Origin: Eledone cirrhosa
Lineage: Eukaryota
DNA length: 64,000 nt
Direction of reading: 5' to 3'
Assembly: GCA_964016885.1 (NCBI GenBank)
Contig: OZ024755.1
Location: forward strand, 24,490,001 to 24,554,000
The position numbers and the translations under genes are program-made. The notes beneath the pieces are model-generated. The model was not told the DNA's origin. It made no database searches and saw nothing but the letters and a program-made list of their open reading frames with translations. The first letter of the stretch is position 1. Every line of letters begins with the position of its first letter. Positions 37,062-50,045 of the stretch are shown here, one piece after another.

Positions 37062-38074
37062 TGTACATGTAAACATATTTATGGCCTGTATATATCAGTA
37101 TATATCTGTATATAGCACGTGTGAATTAAAATACGGTGGTGATAGAAAATTTTGAAAATAGAACTAAAAGTTTTCGCCTCATATTGACCACAGAAAATAG
37201 TCAAAGTTAGCGGATAAGAACACCCATAACGGTATGATAATTTTCTCAGTGGCGTAAGTATATTCTGAACAATAGTAGTTACCGTCCTAAATACCGAAAT
37301 CTCTGATTTCTTTTGATATGTGTGATAACCATGGACATTCACGCTTTGAACGGTTGGCTAAAATTATGACATTGTTTGTTTGTATTATCTAATTTAATAT
37401 ACAGTATTTTCCAATGAAACACATTACTTCTTCTAAGCTTGCTTTTATATCAACCGCCGTGACGATTTCTACTCTCTTTGCTTTTCAACGCGTTCGCCTG
37501 AATTCTCTCCCCTTCTTTAACCGGAAATCACTCTTCTATCTCTGACCATTGACGGGATAGGTCGTGTTTCGTGTTTCGGATTTTTCTAGTCATAAGACCA
37601 CACGTCTTCGCTTTGGTGCCGTGTTCCTCTATGTCTCGTCACTACCCCAGTTGAATAACTGGTTTATTTATTTAATTTAGTTTACATCCTTCACTTTTAA
37701 GCAAGTTCATCTGAGGTAACGCTAAATTTTCTTGTTTCTCTCCTACTAATTGCCTGATGTAATTTAAAGAGAACGTTCTTTTTTCATTGTTTTTCATCCC
37801 TGGGCATTGCCAAATCTATTTCGCTAAAACTTCTGATTCAATTCAATTTCCAAACACATGATTGTTTATATATATATATAAACTTTACTTTAATCCTGTA
37901 ACTCCTGATGGAGTCGTAAGGACGCCATATTGGCATATGGCATTTCTAGGGTATTTTTTAAACCTGGTGGCGCCCATCTCCTCTTCAGGTTTGATTACAA
38001 GAGATTTCTTCCAGAGAAGGATAGAAAGTAAGAGAGAATGAAAGTGAGAAAGAAATATAGAGGAAGAACCGGCC

Positions 38075-38225
38075 CCAGTAATTGACAGGTACGTTTTTTA
38101 TCGAACGCGAAAGCAGTAACGGCAAAGTTAACCTCAACGGGATTTGAACTGAGAGAGCAAAAAGCCGAAACGAATACTGCAAAACATTCTATCCGACGTT
38201 CTAACGACTCTGCCAATTCGCCGTC
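38075..38225 (-). mobile_element. tRNA-derived SINE, diverged
   Basis: Reverse complement of gaattggcagagtcgttagaacgtcgg...agttcaaatccc.ttgaggttaactttgcc. Confidence 0.7.
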
Positions 38226-38769
38226 TTATATACATATACTAATCTATTTATTCTGTTGTCAGACGATTTGGGACTTTGAAATATAACGAAGACAAATATA
38301 AAACCTCAAACATGTGGTTTTTATTTTAAAGTCAGTGGGAATATTTTTGTTACTGCTGGTTTTTGGTCTGCTAAATTGAGCGATGCCAAGCGACTTGGTA
38401 CGAGCTCCCTCGCACAGCAATTTTGTGGTGGTGTTAGAAACCGTGGGATGTTTATTGACTGAGTTAGAGAACATTTCTGGTTCTAAATCGAGCCGATCAA
38501 GTGACGACATTAGAACCCCCCCCCGTGTTGATTATTATTGTTGATATTGTGTGCTGTTATGTAGAAATAACCAAAGATTTATAACTTATTTTATGGCTTT
38601 CTTTGTCTCTTTATTAAGTAGGATCTCCATCAGTGTCGACGATGAGTGTTCTACTTGTTCGAACAATGGAACAGTTTGCTTATGAAATCTGCAGGTAGGT
38701 GATTCCACTATTATATGTACAATATATATATATTTTTTTTTAAATAGAGGTGTGACACACGAGTTGTGA

Positions 38770-39014
38770 TATATTAGTAAATAGGAAAAGAAAATGCTGA
38801 CAAAAATAATTTTGAGATAGAGCGTTCGTGATTTTTGCAAAAATCACGAGCGCTCTATCTCAAAATTATTTTTGAAAAGCATTAGAAATGCGCAACCGGT
38901 AAAATCTTAAAACTAAAACTGAATACTAACTAATACTTATTACTAATTTATACTTATTCCTAATTTAACTATTTTTCACTGGGAAAATATGTCAGCATTT
39001 TCTTTTCCTTTTTA

Positions 39015-39021
<7 letters not shown>
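38770..39021. repeat. Nested inverted repeats: 74-bp loop-less palindrome (38801-38874) inside a ~32-bp IR pair (38770-38802 / 38990-39021)
   Basis: caaaaataattttgagatagagcgttcgtgatttttg|caaaaatcacgagcgctctatctcaaaattatttttg, and atattagtaaataggaaaagaaaatgctgaca versus tgtcagcattttcttttcctttttactaatat. Confidence 0.88.
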
Positions 39022-39072
<51 letters not shown>

Positions 39073-39084
39073 CGTGTGTGTGTA

Positions 39085-39124
<40 letters not shown>

Positions 39125-39433
39125 AAGGACGATTTGTTAAGTCTTCATTACGTTTATTGATAGGTGACGCACGTTTCACAATTGATCTGCTCAAATTGAT
39201 TGCTATTGATCAGCTCAAATAATATGCTAATATATATTTTCATGTACACTTCTATCATGCTTCAACAATGTTTTAGTGCTACTGACAATTAAACATAACT
39301 AGCCAAGTTCGCACTATAACCTAATGAGCATTTCCAGGCGAAGGTTTATATTTGCTATATGTAAATATAAATATAATATCATCACGCAACATTCTACGTG
39401 GAGTCTAGTCAATTACCAAGTCAATAAAATGTG

Positions 39434-39484
39434 AGTGTCACTGATGAAAGATAAACGAATCTTGAAACAGCGCTTTCTGACATT
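39434..39484 (+). ncRNA. Minimal type I hammerhead ribozyme, family D
   Basis: AGTGTCA-CTGATGA-AAGAT(AAACGA)ATCTT-GAAA-CAGCGCTT-TC-TGACATT. 7-bp stem I and 5-bp stem II; stem-loop III is one substitution from the palindrome CAGCGCTG with a GUC site. Confidence 0.7.
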
Positions 39485-39645
39485 GTCAAAATTTACTGGC
39501 AACGCTGAACTATTCACGGAGGAAAATAGAGAAACAAATACTTTTCATTACGAAAAAATATTTTTCTTTGATAGCGAGCCTACCCATAATGTTTACAAAC
39601 GTATAATATATATGTGTTCATATACACCTCTATTATGATTTAATT

Positions 39646-39829
39646 GTTTCTACTTTAGGCACAAGGCCAGCAAATACCCAGTACATTACTGGTACTTTAT
39701 TTTATCGACCCCGTAAGGATGAAAGGCAAAGTTAACCTCGGCGGGATTTGAACTCAGACTGTAAAGGGACGTAACTATGCTAGAAAGCATGACGTCCAAC
39801 CCTCTACCGATACTGCCAATTCACCGCCC
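39646..39829 (-). mobile_element. Full-length tRNA-derived SINE with TSD
   Basis: TSD ctctattatgatttaat flanks both ends. Confidence 0.9.
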
Positions 39830-39987
39830 TCTATTATGATTTAATGCTCTCTAAGTTCAATTGATATTGATATGTATATATATATGTATGTATATATATA
39901 TATGTATGTATATATGTATATATATATTATTTAATGGCTCAGATGATAATATATCTAAATATATATTAATATCGTACGTCGTCATCG

Positions 39988-40030
<43 letters not shown>

Positions 40031-40312
40031 TATCATCATCGTTGTCATCATCGTCGTCATCATCATCGCCATCATCATCATTGTCGTCCTCATCAACAGC
40101 AGCAACTTTACCACCACCACCTCCACCATTATAATTCGTAGCTTGCAGCTGTTTGTTATCAGGTAAACGCCCTTCTGTGCCCTTAAGATTTTTAGATGAA
40201 TCCCTAATGATGAGAACACGACCCCAGTAACTCTGTACACAAACAGTTTCTCATACAACCCAACGTTTACAGATATATTATGCACAGGCAGACATGGTCT
40301 TTAGAGACAAGT

Positions 40313-40970
40313 GACAACAACAACAACAACAGCAACAACATTAGCAACAACAACAGCGTCAGCAATAACAACGACAGTAGCAACAACAGTAATAACAACA
40401 GCAGCAGCAATAGCAATAACAACAACAGTTAACAGCAGCAACAGTAGCAACAGTAGCAACAGTAGCAACAGCAACAACAACAACAGTAGCAACAGCAACA
40501 ACAACAGCAACAGTAGCAACAGCAACAACAGCAGCAACAACAACAGCAACAGCAGCAACAACAACAGCAACAGTAGCAACAACAACAGCAACAGTAACAA
40601 CAGCAACAACAACAGCAACAGTAGCAACAGCAACAACAACAGCAACATTTGCAACAGCAACAACCACAACAGCAGCAATAACAACAACAGCAATAACAAG
40701 AACAACAACAGCAATAACAACAGCAACAGTAGCAAAAGCAATAACAACAGCAGCAATAACAACAACAACAACAACAACAGCAATAACAACAGCAATAACA
40801 ACGACAACAGCAATAACAACAACAACAGCAACAACAGCAACAGCAATAGCAATAATAGAAGCAACAGCAACAATCGTAACAACAACAACATTATTAATAT
40901 CAACAAGCACGACGTCGACATCAATAAAAACAACTGTAAACACAACAACAACAATATTGAGGAATAACAA
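40313..40970. repeat. Compound (CAA/CAG/TAA)n trinucleotide tract
   Basis: Pure low-complexity sequence; gives spurious poly-N/S/T and poly-L ORFs. Confidence 0.9.
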
Positions 40971-41109
40971 AAGCAAGATTTCCAGTATCAAATGTCATGT
41001 GTGTCAAAGGTCAGATAAGATGTCAGGGAATGATTATGTAGTCAGGGTCAAATATTAATTTAGTTAACTACTGATATATCTGTCAGTTACACAGACATAC
41101 ATAGAGAGT

Positions 41110-41178
<69 letters not shown>

Positions 41179-41684
41179 GGGGAGAACACATAAACACAAT
41201 AACACACATAACACACACACAATAACACAAAACACGTTCACACATTACACTGAATATGACACATAACACTCACAATAACACACGCACACAGCACACAATG
41301 ACACAACACACACACACACAAGCACAATAACACACACACACGCGCCCACACAACAACACACACAATAACACACACTCGCGTTCACGCCACACACACACAC
41401 AATAACGCACTCTCGCTCTCCCTTCCTCCCTCGTTCTTTTTCTCTCTCTTACTTCCCTCCCTTGCTCCTCTCCCTCTTTTTGTCTCTCTTACTTTCTCTC
41501 TCCCCCTCGGTATCCCTCCCACTCTCATACTTTCCCTCGCTCGCACACACTCTGCTTCTCCCTCGCTCCCTCTCTGTTTTTCTCTGTCTCTATCGCTCCT
41601 CCCATCTCCCCCTCACCCCCCCTCTCTAATCACTGATCACTCAATTCCTTTCATCGTTCTTCTAATGTTGTTAATATATATTAA

Positions 41685-42275
41685 GAGGCGGCAAAGTGAC
41701 AGACTTCAGAACGCCATGTTCTGCGGTATTTATTCCGGCTCTTTGCGTTCTGAGCTTAAATACCGTCGAGATTAGTTTTGCTTTTCATCCTTATGGGGTC
41801 GATAAAATAAAATACCAGTAGCGCACTGTGGTCGATGTAATCGTCTTGCCTCATCCTTTCAAATCACTGGCCTTGTGCCACAAGTAGAAACATTGCAACG
41901 CGTGTGTCGCTGGCCATTGGCTGTGGAAACGCCTTTGCAGTATTGTCCGCGAAGTGCTGCCCAAACACGGCCCTGACCTAAGCCCAACATTTTCTCCTCT
42001 TCCCCTTCACTTTCTTCTGTAGCCAAAGAGTCTTTGTTTTTCCCCTTCTGTTCTTCTCATTTATGGCATTTATAGTCATTTATAGTCATATAATTGTTTC
42101 GACTTTTGACACAAGGCCAGCAATTACCCAGTGCATTACTGGTACTTTATTTTATCGACCTCGTAAGGATGAAAGGCAAAGTTAACCTCGGCGGGATTTG
42201 AACTCAGGACCACAAAGGGCCGTAACTCTTTGCTGCAAAGCATGGCGTCCGACCCTCTACCGATACTGCCAATCC
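41685..42275. mobile_element. Two SINE copies in opposite orientation (41685-41892 +, 42092-42275 -)
   Basis: Both match the SINE consensus body. Confidence 0.8.
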
Positions 42276-43424
42276 ATGTTCTTTCACTCTCTTAATTTTG
42301 AGTTCATATTTGATCGGTCACCTTCCCGGTGGAAAGGTTCTAAAGAAAAGGAATCTATGTTTGTCTTTTCTGTAAGCTTTCTTTGAATCGTAAGAATGTT
42401 TTACAAATTTTGAAGGTTCCAGATATCGCGGCCTTTTGTAGCTTATGATTTAAGGAGCTACGTTCTTATAACTCCAAGTTTAGCCATATTTTTGTCCAGG
42501 CGGGTTGTTATATAACATGTATGTTTATATGCAAGCATGAATGTATGCATATATGTGTAGAGGTTGTATAGATGTATGGATGTGTGTATGTATATGTATA
42601 TGTTTGTGTACGTCTGTGTATGCATATATATATGTGTGTGTGTGTGTATGTGTGAGTGTATGTGTATGAATGTGTGTGTTATCAATTACGTATGTTATTA
42701 CATATGTCTGTTATCATATATATTATGTTAGCAGATCATTACCTTTTCCACAACCGTCCATACACACATAAACATATCTATACATATGCACATATGTATA
42801 TATACTTATAAACATACATATATACATATTTACATACGTATGTATACAAACACACACAGACAGATGTGTATTTACTTATACACTTAGACACACACACACA
42901 CACGCGCACATGCACACATGCACACATGCACACACACAGAGGTGGAGGTAGAGAGGGAGAAGGGTGAAGCAAGTAAGTGAATACGAAGCGATTCATTGCG
43001 CAGACGACTATCAGTAAATTTGACTATAAGTAAATGTGTATAGTTTACTCGTCTTTACCACCCGTACCCTGTATATCTATTATATGGGCTTATACCCCAC
43101 AAACACTACACCATCCACCCAGTGGCTTCGTATGATATTTTTTCCTTTTTCTCTTTTATAAAAGTCTTTCATATAGATTTGTGTTTGCTTATCGTTGTCG
43201 TAGTTATTATGGTTGCCATTGGTGGTGTCGTCTAGGAATGTGTCGTGTATATATAATGTATGTGTGTGTGTATGTATGTATGCATGTATGTATATATAAT
43301 GTATGTGTGTGTGTATGTATTCATGCATACATGTTTGTATATATGAATGTATGTATGCATGCATGAATGCATGTATGTATCCATGTATATAAGCATATAT
43401 ATAGATGTATGTTTGTATGTATAC

Positions 43425-43591
43425 ATGGGCCCAGCACTATGTGTCAATAACTGTCACAAGTGTAGTGTTTGTACCAGAGTTTTCAAGTCGCTGGCTGGAC
43501 TAAAAAGTCACACTTGTTCAGCGCATCGGTAGGGGTTCTCCTACATGGATATAAAGTAGTGGCCGTACTCGAAAACGAGTTGGCAGCCACC

Positions 43592-43592
<1 letters not shown>
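43425..43592 (+). mobile_element. LINE 3' end with C2H2 motif (paralog of 3367-3535)
   Basis: HKCSVCTRVFKSLAGLKSH and a shared 3' UTR. Confidence 0.65.
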
Positions 43593-43652
<60 letters not shown>

Positions 43653-43870
43653 GTATGAATGTATACAAGTGTGTATATATATATATATATATATACACAT
43701 AATGTATGTATGTATGCGTGTGTATATATGTGCGTTCTTCTGGTTTTGTAGAGAGTTGATTTTTAACATAGAAACAAGAATGTTTCGTTGGAATGTAGAC
43801 ATCAACTAGGTAAATACGTATGTATTTGTATGTATGTATGTATGTATGTATGTATGTATGTATGTATGTA

Positions 43871-43936
<66 letters not shown>

Positions 43937-44275
43937 CAGGTATGTGTGTTATTGCGTGTGTGGATCTGTATGTTTAGAGTTATATATATACACGTGCAAG
44001 TTTCTGTATCTATGCATGTGTATATGCAGTTATTACATGATGAATTTCTGAAATGTTTTACATATTTTTACTGTTCCATTAATTAACTGTTCTTGCAATT
44101 TCCTAACTACCTGTGCCGTTTCTGGTTCTGTGAAGCTCGCCTTCTCAAGATGTGTCCTGGGGTGATTAGTAACATAGCCCAAAGCACATTATAGTCAAGG
44201 TGGAATATCTGCAGAGGCCTCGTTAGTTCAGCATAAATATTCTCCCTTTCCGTCAATCTTTAGCATTATATTGAC

Positions 44276-44462
44276 AAGAGCGGTGAATTAGCGGTATCGG
44301 TAGAGGGTTGGACGCCATGCTCTCTAGCATAGTTACTTCCCATTACGGTCTGAGTTCAAATCCCGTCGAGGTTAACTTTGCCTTTCATCCTTACGGAGTC
44401 GATAAAATAAAGTACCAGTAATAAACTGGGTGATTGCTGGCCTTGGGCTAAAACTAGAAACA
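44276..44462 (+). mobile_element. Full-length SINE with TSD attatattgac
   Basis: Consensus match; TSD at ~44266 and ~44463. Confidence 0.88.
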
Positions 44463-44464
44463 AT

Positions 44465-45040
44465 TATATTGACCTCTGTTGTGCCGCTGATTTTCACTAT
44501 TATACATGCCTTCTTTTCTCTGTCCCCTATCACTATCTCTAATCTGTTATGTTTGCATTCTGTTGGATTTTGTCTGGAACATTCCACAACACTCTTTCAT
44601 ATTATGTATGCATATGTATTCCACATCACTATAACTGTTTATATGTTTATTCTCAGAGCTATGCTTTCTACGGATTACATTGTATAGTATTCTGGTCTAC
44701 ATCATGCCTCAAAAAAAGATAGTATCATGATGATATCTTTCGACAACAGCTTATGATGTGGGTGACATCTTCGATGTTAATTCTACTGAGTCTGATCTGT
44801 TGTCACATCTTGGTGTTTTACTTGCATCCCTTTTCTCTTTTGTGCATAAGGTATTTCGTTGTTATTGCCTGTTCTTGGATTCTAAAAGCATACCCTTCAA
44901 AGTGAGAGCATATATAGCGGCTGTTGGTCCAAGATAGACTACTATGCTTATCTATATTAGTTTCAATTTGAAGCTTTCCGGCAACATATCCATGCTTGAT
45001 CTTTTGCTGATAAGCATGCAGCTTTTCCTCCATATATTCA
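44465..45040 (-). mobile_element. Degraded R4/Dong-like LINE fragment
   Basis: HGY...NIDKHSSLSW...HFEGYAFRIQEQAITTKYL, and downstream CKHNRLEIVIGDREKKACIIV. Confidence 0.75.
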
Positions 45041-45382
45041 CTGCGAAGAAGAAGAAGAAGAAGAAGAAGAAGAAGAAGAAGAAGAAGAAGAAGAAGAAAG
45101 GAGAGATATATGGTGCGATATGGGAAGAAAAGCTGGTGAAATAAGAAGAAAAACAGGGAGGTAGAGGAGGTTGATCATCAGGAAGAGTAAGGGAAGACCG
45201 GCGGTGGGGATGTTTAAAAGTCATCACAATATCAATGACATGTTAACTAGTAAAAGATAGCCAGCAATGCAGTCTTCTTTCACTGTAAACCAACTTTGAT
45301 GTAATCAACCTGTTACCCTTTTCACGCTGATTCATGGTGATTTCACAGATTTTTTTTATCACATTTACACCACACACGTACG

Positions 45383-45510
<128 letters not shown>

Positions 45511-45715
45511 CATACACACGCACACACACATATATATATATATATATCAGTAGTTTGCCATGTCAAAGCAAGATGTTTAACCATGTTAGAACTCAACGTA
45601 TTAATGATATGTATACACAATCAATATACTGTATCACCTACTTGTGCAGTATTATCATTACTTTGGATACATATGAGTGTCAGAAATATAGAGTTAACTA
45701 TATTATGACTAAATA

Positions 45716-46236
45716 ATTGTTTCTACTTTAGGCACAAGGCCAGTAATTACCCAGTACATTACTGGTACTTTATTTTATCGACCCCGTAAGGATGAAAGGC
45801 AAAGTTAACCTCGACGAGATTTGAACTCAGACTGTAAAGGGATGTAACTATGCTAGAAAGCATGGCGTCCAACCCTCTACCGATACTGCCAATTCAAAGA
45901 ATAAAAGAACAATAGGGAGTGTTAGTTTCACGTTCGTTCCAGCCGAGCAGAAAATACGTGCATCATCCACGGGCAGTTCAGAAACAACGACAAAAATTGT
46001 ATTTATTAATCTAAAGAATTAGGGCGGTGGATTGACGATATCAGTTGGGCGTCGGACAACATGGTTTGCAGCATAGAGTTACAGCCCTTTATGATCTGAG
46101 TTCAAATCCCGTCGAGGTTAACTTTGCCTTTCATCCTAACGGGGTTGATAAAATAAAGTACCAGTCACGCACTGGGGTCGATATAATCGACCCCCTCCTC
46201 CCCAAGTTGCTGGCCTTGTGCCTATATAAGAAACCA
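45716..46236. mobile_element. Two divergently oriented SINE copies (45716-45895 -, 46022-46236 +)
   Basis: Consensus match; the second has TSD atta.tctaaagaatt. Confidence 0.85.
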
Positions 46237-46329
46237 TTAGTCTAAAGAATTTCAGCATGTAAATAAAGAAATAGATAAAGGAATGAAAAATAATTAGATA
46301 ATAGAGTACATAAATATTGCTGTGAACGG

Positions 46330-46875
46330 ATTTAGGGGATCAGCAATCTTGCGGGGATGTACCTCCCTCCAGAGAGAAGAACACCAGAGAAGTCCCTGAT
46401 AGCAAGATGGGGGGGGGGGGGGGGGGGGGCTTCTGATTACGAAGTCGGTGAATGGTCTGCCAGAATACTTTATTTGTTGATCTAAAGTTAGATCCCAGCT
46501 TTGAACGCCTTTACTGTCTCTGCAACAATATTTCGCGTTCGCTTGTACTGCAAGTGCAAGGGACAGGAATGTTATTACCAAACCAGCCTTTGGATGCCTC
46601 CTTCTTTATTTGAATGGTTTCTTTGACCACTTTCTGAAGCCAAGGCCCCTCCTGCCACCCGGTGCCACATCAAGCGTCTTTCCTCCACAGCGATTAACAG
46701 CTTCTGAAGTAGAAACTGCCAAGCTGAATAGTTTCCATCGCGTTGTTCAAGGTGTTCTCTGAATTTAGATGCAGCAGCCTGTAGACCTTATGAGCCAGCG
46801 TTTCCCACTTTATGTTGTCAGACGAGCTGGACCTGCCAGTTTTGTGAGCTTTCTTCGCTTTAGGTAATCTCAGGC
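46330..46875 (-). mobile_element. Possible degraded non-LTR retrotransposon RT C-terminal fragment
   Basis: GC-richer, protein-like interrupted frames (LALAVQAN...SWDLT...DFVIRS). Family not identified. Confidence 0.3.
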
Positions 46876-47119
46876 TGCAGATAACTAGATGATTATCAGT
46901 TACCTACTCTCACCGTTGAAACGGCACAAGCTCAGCCGTCGAGTACTAACAATTTACAGTATCTGTATATACGATAAATACACATCTACTTATGTACCAC
47001 AATATATGTATATATATATATATATACATACATATATATATGAAACTACTAAATGTGTGGGCGCCTTCTTGTCTCTGTTTTTTCAGCCTCATGGATTATA
47101 TTCCTTTGTTAAATTTTGA

Positions 47120-47177
47120 ATACCTGATGATGTCACCGGATTCATACTGAACCCGGTCATTGAAATGTTCATAGTAT
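47120..47177 (+). ncRNA. Minimal type I hammerhead ribozyme, family A copy 3
   Basis: ATAC-CTGATGA-TGTCACCGGATTC..GAACCCGGTCATT-GAAA-TGTTCA-TA-GTAT. An A-U to G.U change keeps stem II paired. Confidence 0.7.
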
Positions 47178-47452
47178 AATAAACCTTTAAGGAATTACAC
47201 CAGTCCAGCCTCCTGTTATTTTATAATAATTAACCCCGTACTCGCACCACCAACAACACAAACGAAGACGGGTGAGTTGCATTACGTCGAGTGCTCTCCC
47301 TAATATTACATCGAGGTTGACCATACGGAGTGACCAGTTCTATCCAGAGGTGAACCAACAAACCTAAATGTATATGTATATATATATATACATATACATA
47401 TACTCAAAATGTATATATATATATATATATCAATGATATTAATAAATGGAAA

Positions 47453-47636
47453 AGGGGTGGATTGGCAGTAGCGGTAGAGGGACGGACGCCATGCTTTGAC
47501 GCATAGTGACGTCCCTTTACGATCTGAGTTCAAATCCCGCCGAGGTTGACTTTGCCTTTCATCCTTACGGGGTCGATAAAATAAAGTACCAGTAATGCAC
47601 TGGGTAATTGCTGGCCTTGTGCCTAAAGTAGAAACA
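47453..47636 (+). mobile_element. Full-length SINE with TSD attaataaatggaaa, inserted in an inverted-repeat arm
   Basis: TSD at ~47438 and ~47637. Confidence 0.9.
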
Positions 47637-47672
47637 ATTAATAAATGGAAACTATATTTATAAAACCATATT

Positions 47673-47733
47673 TATTCTATTATATATATTTCAAGGGTAC
47701 CAAAACTTTGGTACCCTCTCATCAGATAAAATA
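47673..47733 (-). ncRNA. Minimal type I hammerhead ribozyme, family C-like, with an inverted duplication of its 3' half at 47902-47972
   Basis: Minus strand: TATTTTAT-CTGATGA-GAGGGTACCAA(AGTT)TTGGTACCCTT-GAAA-T-ATAT-A-TA-ATAGAATA. 8-bp stem I, 11-bp stem II, palindromic loop 3, AUA triplet. Confidence 0.88.
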
Positions 47734-48595
47734 CAAAATTTGTTTTATAAATAGTGACATACCCAGGAATCAGACCTTAACGGTTCAGGTTCCGTTTGGA
47801 TAGTGAGAGGAAAAAAATAAGAAAAAAAGATGGAGAGAGGAAAAAAGAACAAATATTTCAAATTATTTTCATGAATATGCAAATATACAAATGAAGTTGA
47901 ACCCTTGAAATATATATAATAGAATAAATATGGTTTTATAAATATAGTTTCCATTTATTAATATCATTGATATTATACTCCAGAAAACTTGTCGAGTGCT
48001 TCGAATCTGTTATAAATATATTTGTTGAATTAAGAAGACATTAAATATCTCTTTGCTTATATATATAAGAAGATCCCGTTAAGGGTGAAAGCAGTGATTC
48101 TTTGCTTAAACTTTAATTTGTTATTTTAATAAATATTTGCTCTACGGTTCTTATATATTTGATATATATTTATCCTTATCGAGCCCTCTTTGGATTTTAG
48201 TCTTCAAATTTATTATTATTACTATATATATATGAAAACAGGGAGAAAGAGACGATTATATATGCCACAGTATTATATATATATATACACACATATATAT
48301 ATATATTTCGTTTCTAAATTTGTTTAGCAAGATTCTTTATCTGAAAATGTGTGTTGAAACCGATATTGTTATAGTTTGGGAGGGTCATGTTGCCAATAAG
48401 AAACACACGCACCAGTTGCTTTCACTCCAATTTATTATAAATTAAATTCATAAATTTAAGAATTTATAAATTTCCGGTTGGTTGGTTGGTTCCACAACCG
48501 GACGGTTGTTCATATATTGGCAAAGTTCTTTCGTCACACATTCTGTGACCTCTTCAGTGACTGGGGATTCTTTTCTTTGTTTTTATGCCTCTCAT

Positions 48596-48650
48596 TTGTT
48601 CTGTCCTACGCCATCTTGTTTTTGTGACAAGATGGCGTAGGACAGAACAA
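48596..48650. repeat. Perfect 24-bp hairpin next to a decayed hammerhead (48520-48563, -)
   Basis: ttgttctgtcctacgccatcttgt-ttttgtg-acaagatggcgtaggacagaacaa; minus-strand CTGAAGA-G-GTCACA(GAATG)TGTGAC-GAAA with poor stems I and III. Confidence 0.75.
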
Positions 48651-48664
48651 GTAACTGTTTGGAA

Positions 48665-48845
48665 AGTAATTCAGAGAGCCAGCTTCGTCACACACTATGT
48701 CACACTGAACCCCCTTAAGAATTACGTTGTGAGAACACATGTTTTTTTAATCCTCAGCCACTTACATGGGATTTTCAGAAGTAGACTGTTCCGATGATTG
48801 ACTGAATAGCTGGAACATTCATCGTCGAAACCGACGGAGGGCCAT
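48665..48845 (+). mobile_element. 3' portion of a second SINE-like repeat; related pieces at ~60965-61100 and ~61473-61515 (-)
   Basis: gtaattca.agag...gtcacact...tacgtt...aaccgacggag is shared between the loci. Confidence 0.5.
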
Positions 48846-49219
48846 TCAATTAGTTAGATAAAAAGTGATAATGTAATATTTTCATTATATGATGATTGGT
48901 CTAATAGTTGGAACATTCTTTGTCGAAATCGACGGAGGTCCATCTGATTACAGTTAGAAAAAAAATATTTTCATCAGTAAAAGAATTAGAAAGACAATTT
49001 ATGTATATTTACATAAATTCATATAAAATAATTTCCTTAGTTTTCTACATCTTCCAACCATTCTTTCATATTGCAGTTTCCTCACGTGCTTGTCAAAAAG
49101 TTGATAATCCCTGAGGTTTTATATGCGATAATCTAAAATTATTTTTAAATTGCATTAGGTAATATTAAATTATATTATTTAATTTATCAAATTCAAAATT
49201 TAGTATCATTTCTAACACG

Positions 49220-49251
<32 letters not shown>

Positions 49252-49366
49252 GAAATTTGAGAAACAATTTTGGAAAAGATTTTCTTAAAAAATTATAAAA
49301 TTTCTGTTTTTGTATTAGTTTGATGGCATATTGACTTTTTGGTGTTTTTTAATCTGTATATATATA

Positions 49367-50045
49367 CTAGCAGGCCCGTCCGGCTCAGTATACCGGCATT
49401 TTATCTTTTCATGAATCCCCCCCTCCACTCCAATGCAAAGATACCGCACGCCCTCTCAAGTCAGCGAGGGTGGGGAGGAGTTAACGTGCTCTGATGTTGG
49501 GTTTGAATAGTGTTTAGGATTCCCCAGTTCAGTAGCCAGTGCGTTAAAGAAAATTGATAGTTACAACAATAAAGGTTGAACAGAGAACACATTTTTTAAC
49601 AAACTTTACAATAATTTGTACAACCCTAATGGAAATTCCAAGTAATAGAAAATACATAAATTACATTGTTAGAGCCTCAGAGTATACAATATTTTTTGTT
49701 CGGCACTCGGGAGCAAAGATGAAGAGATTGTTTGGCTAGCTCACCCTAGAGCATCCTACATACAATTGACCATGGGAGAAGCATGGTTTTCCCAGATGAA
49801 GGCCAGCCACTCTTAGGGTTTGACCCTGAGTTTTGTTGATGGTAATCGCGAAGCTTAGTCTCTCTGTTGCTCTAGTAACATTTTTTCTTCTGGAAAATCT
49901 GATCTTGCGGCTAGGCTGGGACTTTTTGGGTGGCATATCGGCAGTAAAAATGACGATAAGCCGTCTGTGCTTTCGTGAAATAAATACGTTTGTTTATAAT
50001 TTGTTTTTGTGTATGCAAAATTATCTGTACACGAATATATAATTA
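49367..50045 (-). mobile_element. Internally deleted Helitron
   Basis: Pif1 helicase C-terminal motifs FAITINKTQGQTL...CFSHGQLYVGCSRV, then KNIVYSEAL. 3' GC-rich hairpin followed by CTAG|T at 49370-49367. Sits in (TA)n. Confidence 0.88.

Noticed and set aside
40195-40290. Possible exon IPNDENTTPVTLYTNSFSYNPTFTDILCT
   Set aside because: All frames after the putative acceptor hit stops and there is no GT donor.
40311-40967. 218-aa Thr/Asn/Ser-rich ORF
   Set aside because: Pure CAA/CAG repeat with no unique domain or splice support.
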